A stretch of DNA of 64,000 nucleotides, taken from assembly GCA_001179505.1 (NCBI GenBank), contig CDMY01000022.1:1-64000 (forward strand). Reading direction: 5' to 3'. Each line of letters begins with the position of its first letter. Position 1 is the stretch's first letter. Origin of the DNA: Vitrella brassicaformis CCMP3155 (lineage: Eukaryota > Protista > Chromerida). The notes beneath the pieces are model-generated. The model was not told the origin of the DNA and made no database searches. It saw only the letters and a program-made list of their open reading frames with translations. Below, one piece after another: positions 63,579 through 64,000 of this stretch. The translations under genes and the position numbers were made by a program.

Positions 63579-64000
63579 ATGGCAGCGCCGCTGCTGAGCG
63601 CTCTCATCTGGTCCCTCGTCATCTGCCGCTGTGCAGACGCCTACCTCTCCCCTCTCCCTCAGATCATGATGCCGCGACTCATCCCGCGACGACCCGCCTC
63701 GCTGACTGTCCTCCAGCAGCAGCAGCCGCCTGTGAATGAACCAGGTGACAACTGGCTGGCCGACAGGGAGACGGTCGTCAAGGCGGCGCTGATCCGTGAC
63801 ATTATCGACCATTATGAGGCGGCGAGTGAGCTGGATCCGTTTGACACTTCGCCGATCCAGAAGGAGCTGCAGCTCTTCACCAAGGGCAAGCTGTACGAGA
63901 GCGTCATGATCAAGGCCCAGGACAACCAGCGCACCAAGCCGCGGCGGCTCGAGAAGCTCAAGCAGATCGACAAGAGGATACTGCGGTATATCAAACCCAT
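63579..64000 (+). CDS. 5' part of a protein with bipartite (signal+transit) leader, likely plastid-targeted; runs off the window
   Basis: Open frame to window end: MAAPLLSALIWSLVICRCADAYLSPLPQIMMPRLIPRRPASL…DIIDHYEAASELDPFDTSPIQKELQLFTKGKLYESVMIKAQ. Absent from the ORF track, probably because it has no stop in the window. Confidence 0.7.
   Translation, partial: MAAPLLSALIWSLVICRCADAYLSPLPQIMMPRLIPRRPASLTVLQQQQPPVNEPGDNWLADRETVVKAALIRDIIDHYEAASELDPFDTSPIQKELQLFTKGKLYESVMIKAQDNQRTKPRRLEKLKQIDKRILRYIKP

Larger units (their letters stand above)
1..64000. repeat. Pervasive intronic/intergenic microsatellites (GT/CA, GA, GATG, CTGT, GGCT, CAG)
   Basis: Visible in nearly every intron and spacer; they generate most spurious ORFs in the six-frame track. 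Confidence 0.95.

Noticed and set aside
63812-64000. Minus-strand 62-aa ORF MGLIYRSILL…
   Set aside because: Antisense to a better + strand frame with a bipartite leader starting at 63579.
1-64000. rRNA/tRNA genes, dinoflagellate-type spliced leader, transposase or RT ORFs
   Set aside because: None recognised by eye; tRNAscan/Rfam/RepeatModeler would be needed to exclude them formally.

Overview
Eukaryotic, GC-rich, intron-dense genomic DNA. Introns are short GT-AG introns packed with (GT)n/(CA)n, (GATG)n, (CTGT)n and (GA)n microsatellites, and there are nine 300-N scaffold gaps. An ApiAP2 domain, bipartite signal+transit plastid leaders, an apicomplexan-like CDC48 fragment and the intron style point to a chromerid alveolate, most likely Vitrella brassicaformis (inference). 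Genes recognised by motif after manual splicing: DHHC palmitoyltransferase, ribosomal protein P0, PTC7-type PP2C, LRAT/NlpC-P60-like protein, a large PPR protein, gamma-glutamyl phosphate reductase, NECAP, a stand-alone Lon N-domain protein, a USP deubiquitinase, an AP2 factor, a helical-repeat protein, a histidine acid phosphatase and a plastid-type ACP, plus several hypothetical genes. Most genes sit in tight head-to-head pairs. The most unusual feature is a ~2.47-kb predicted intron of the acid phosphatase (56577-59046). It holds same-strand foreign exons, including a two-exon, intron-retaining CDC48/p97 fragment, and is bracketed by an 8-bp direct repeat, suggesting DNA-level gene-fragment capture. 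Also notable: an intronless LRAT-like protein lacking its catalytic Cys, an AP2 protein with one ApiAP2-type and one plant-like domain, and a membrane-anchored PPR protein. Exon boundaries were assembled by eye and are approximate; no database searches were run.
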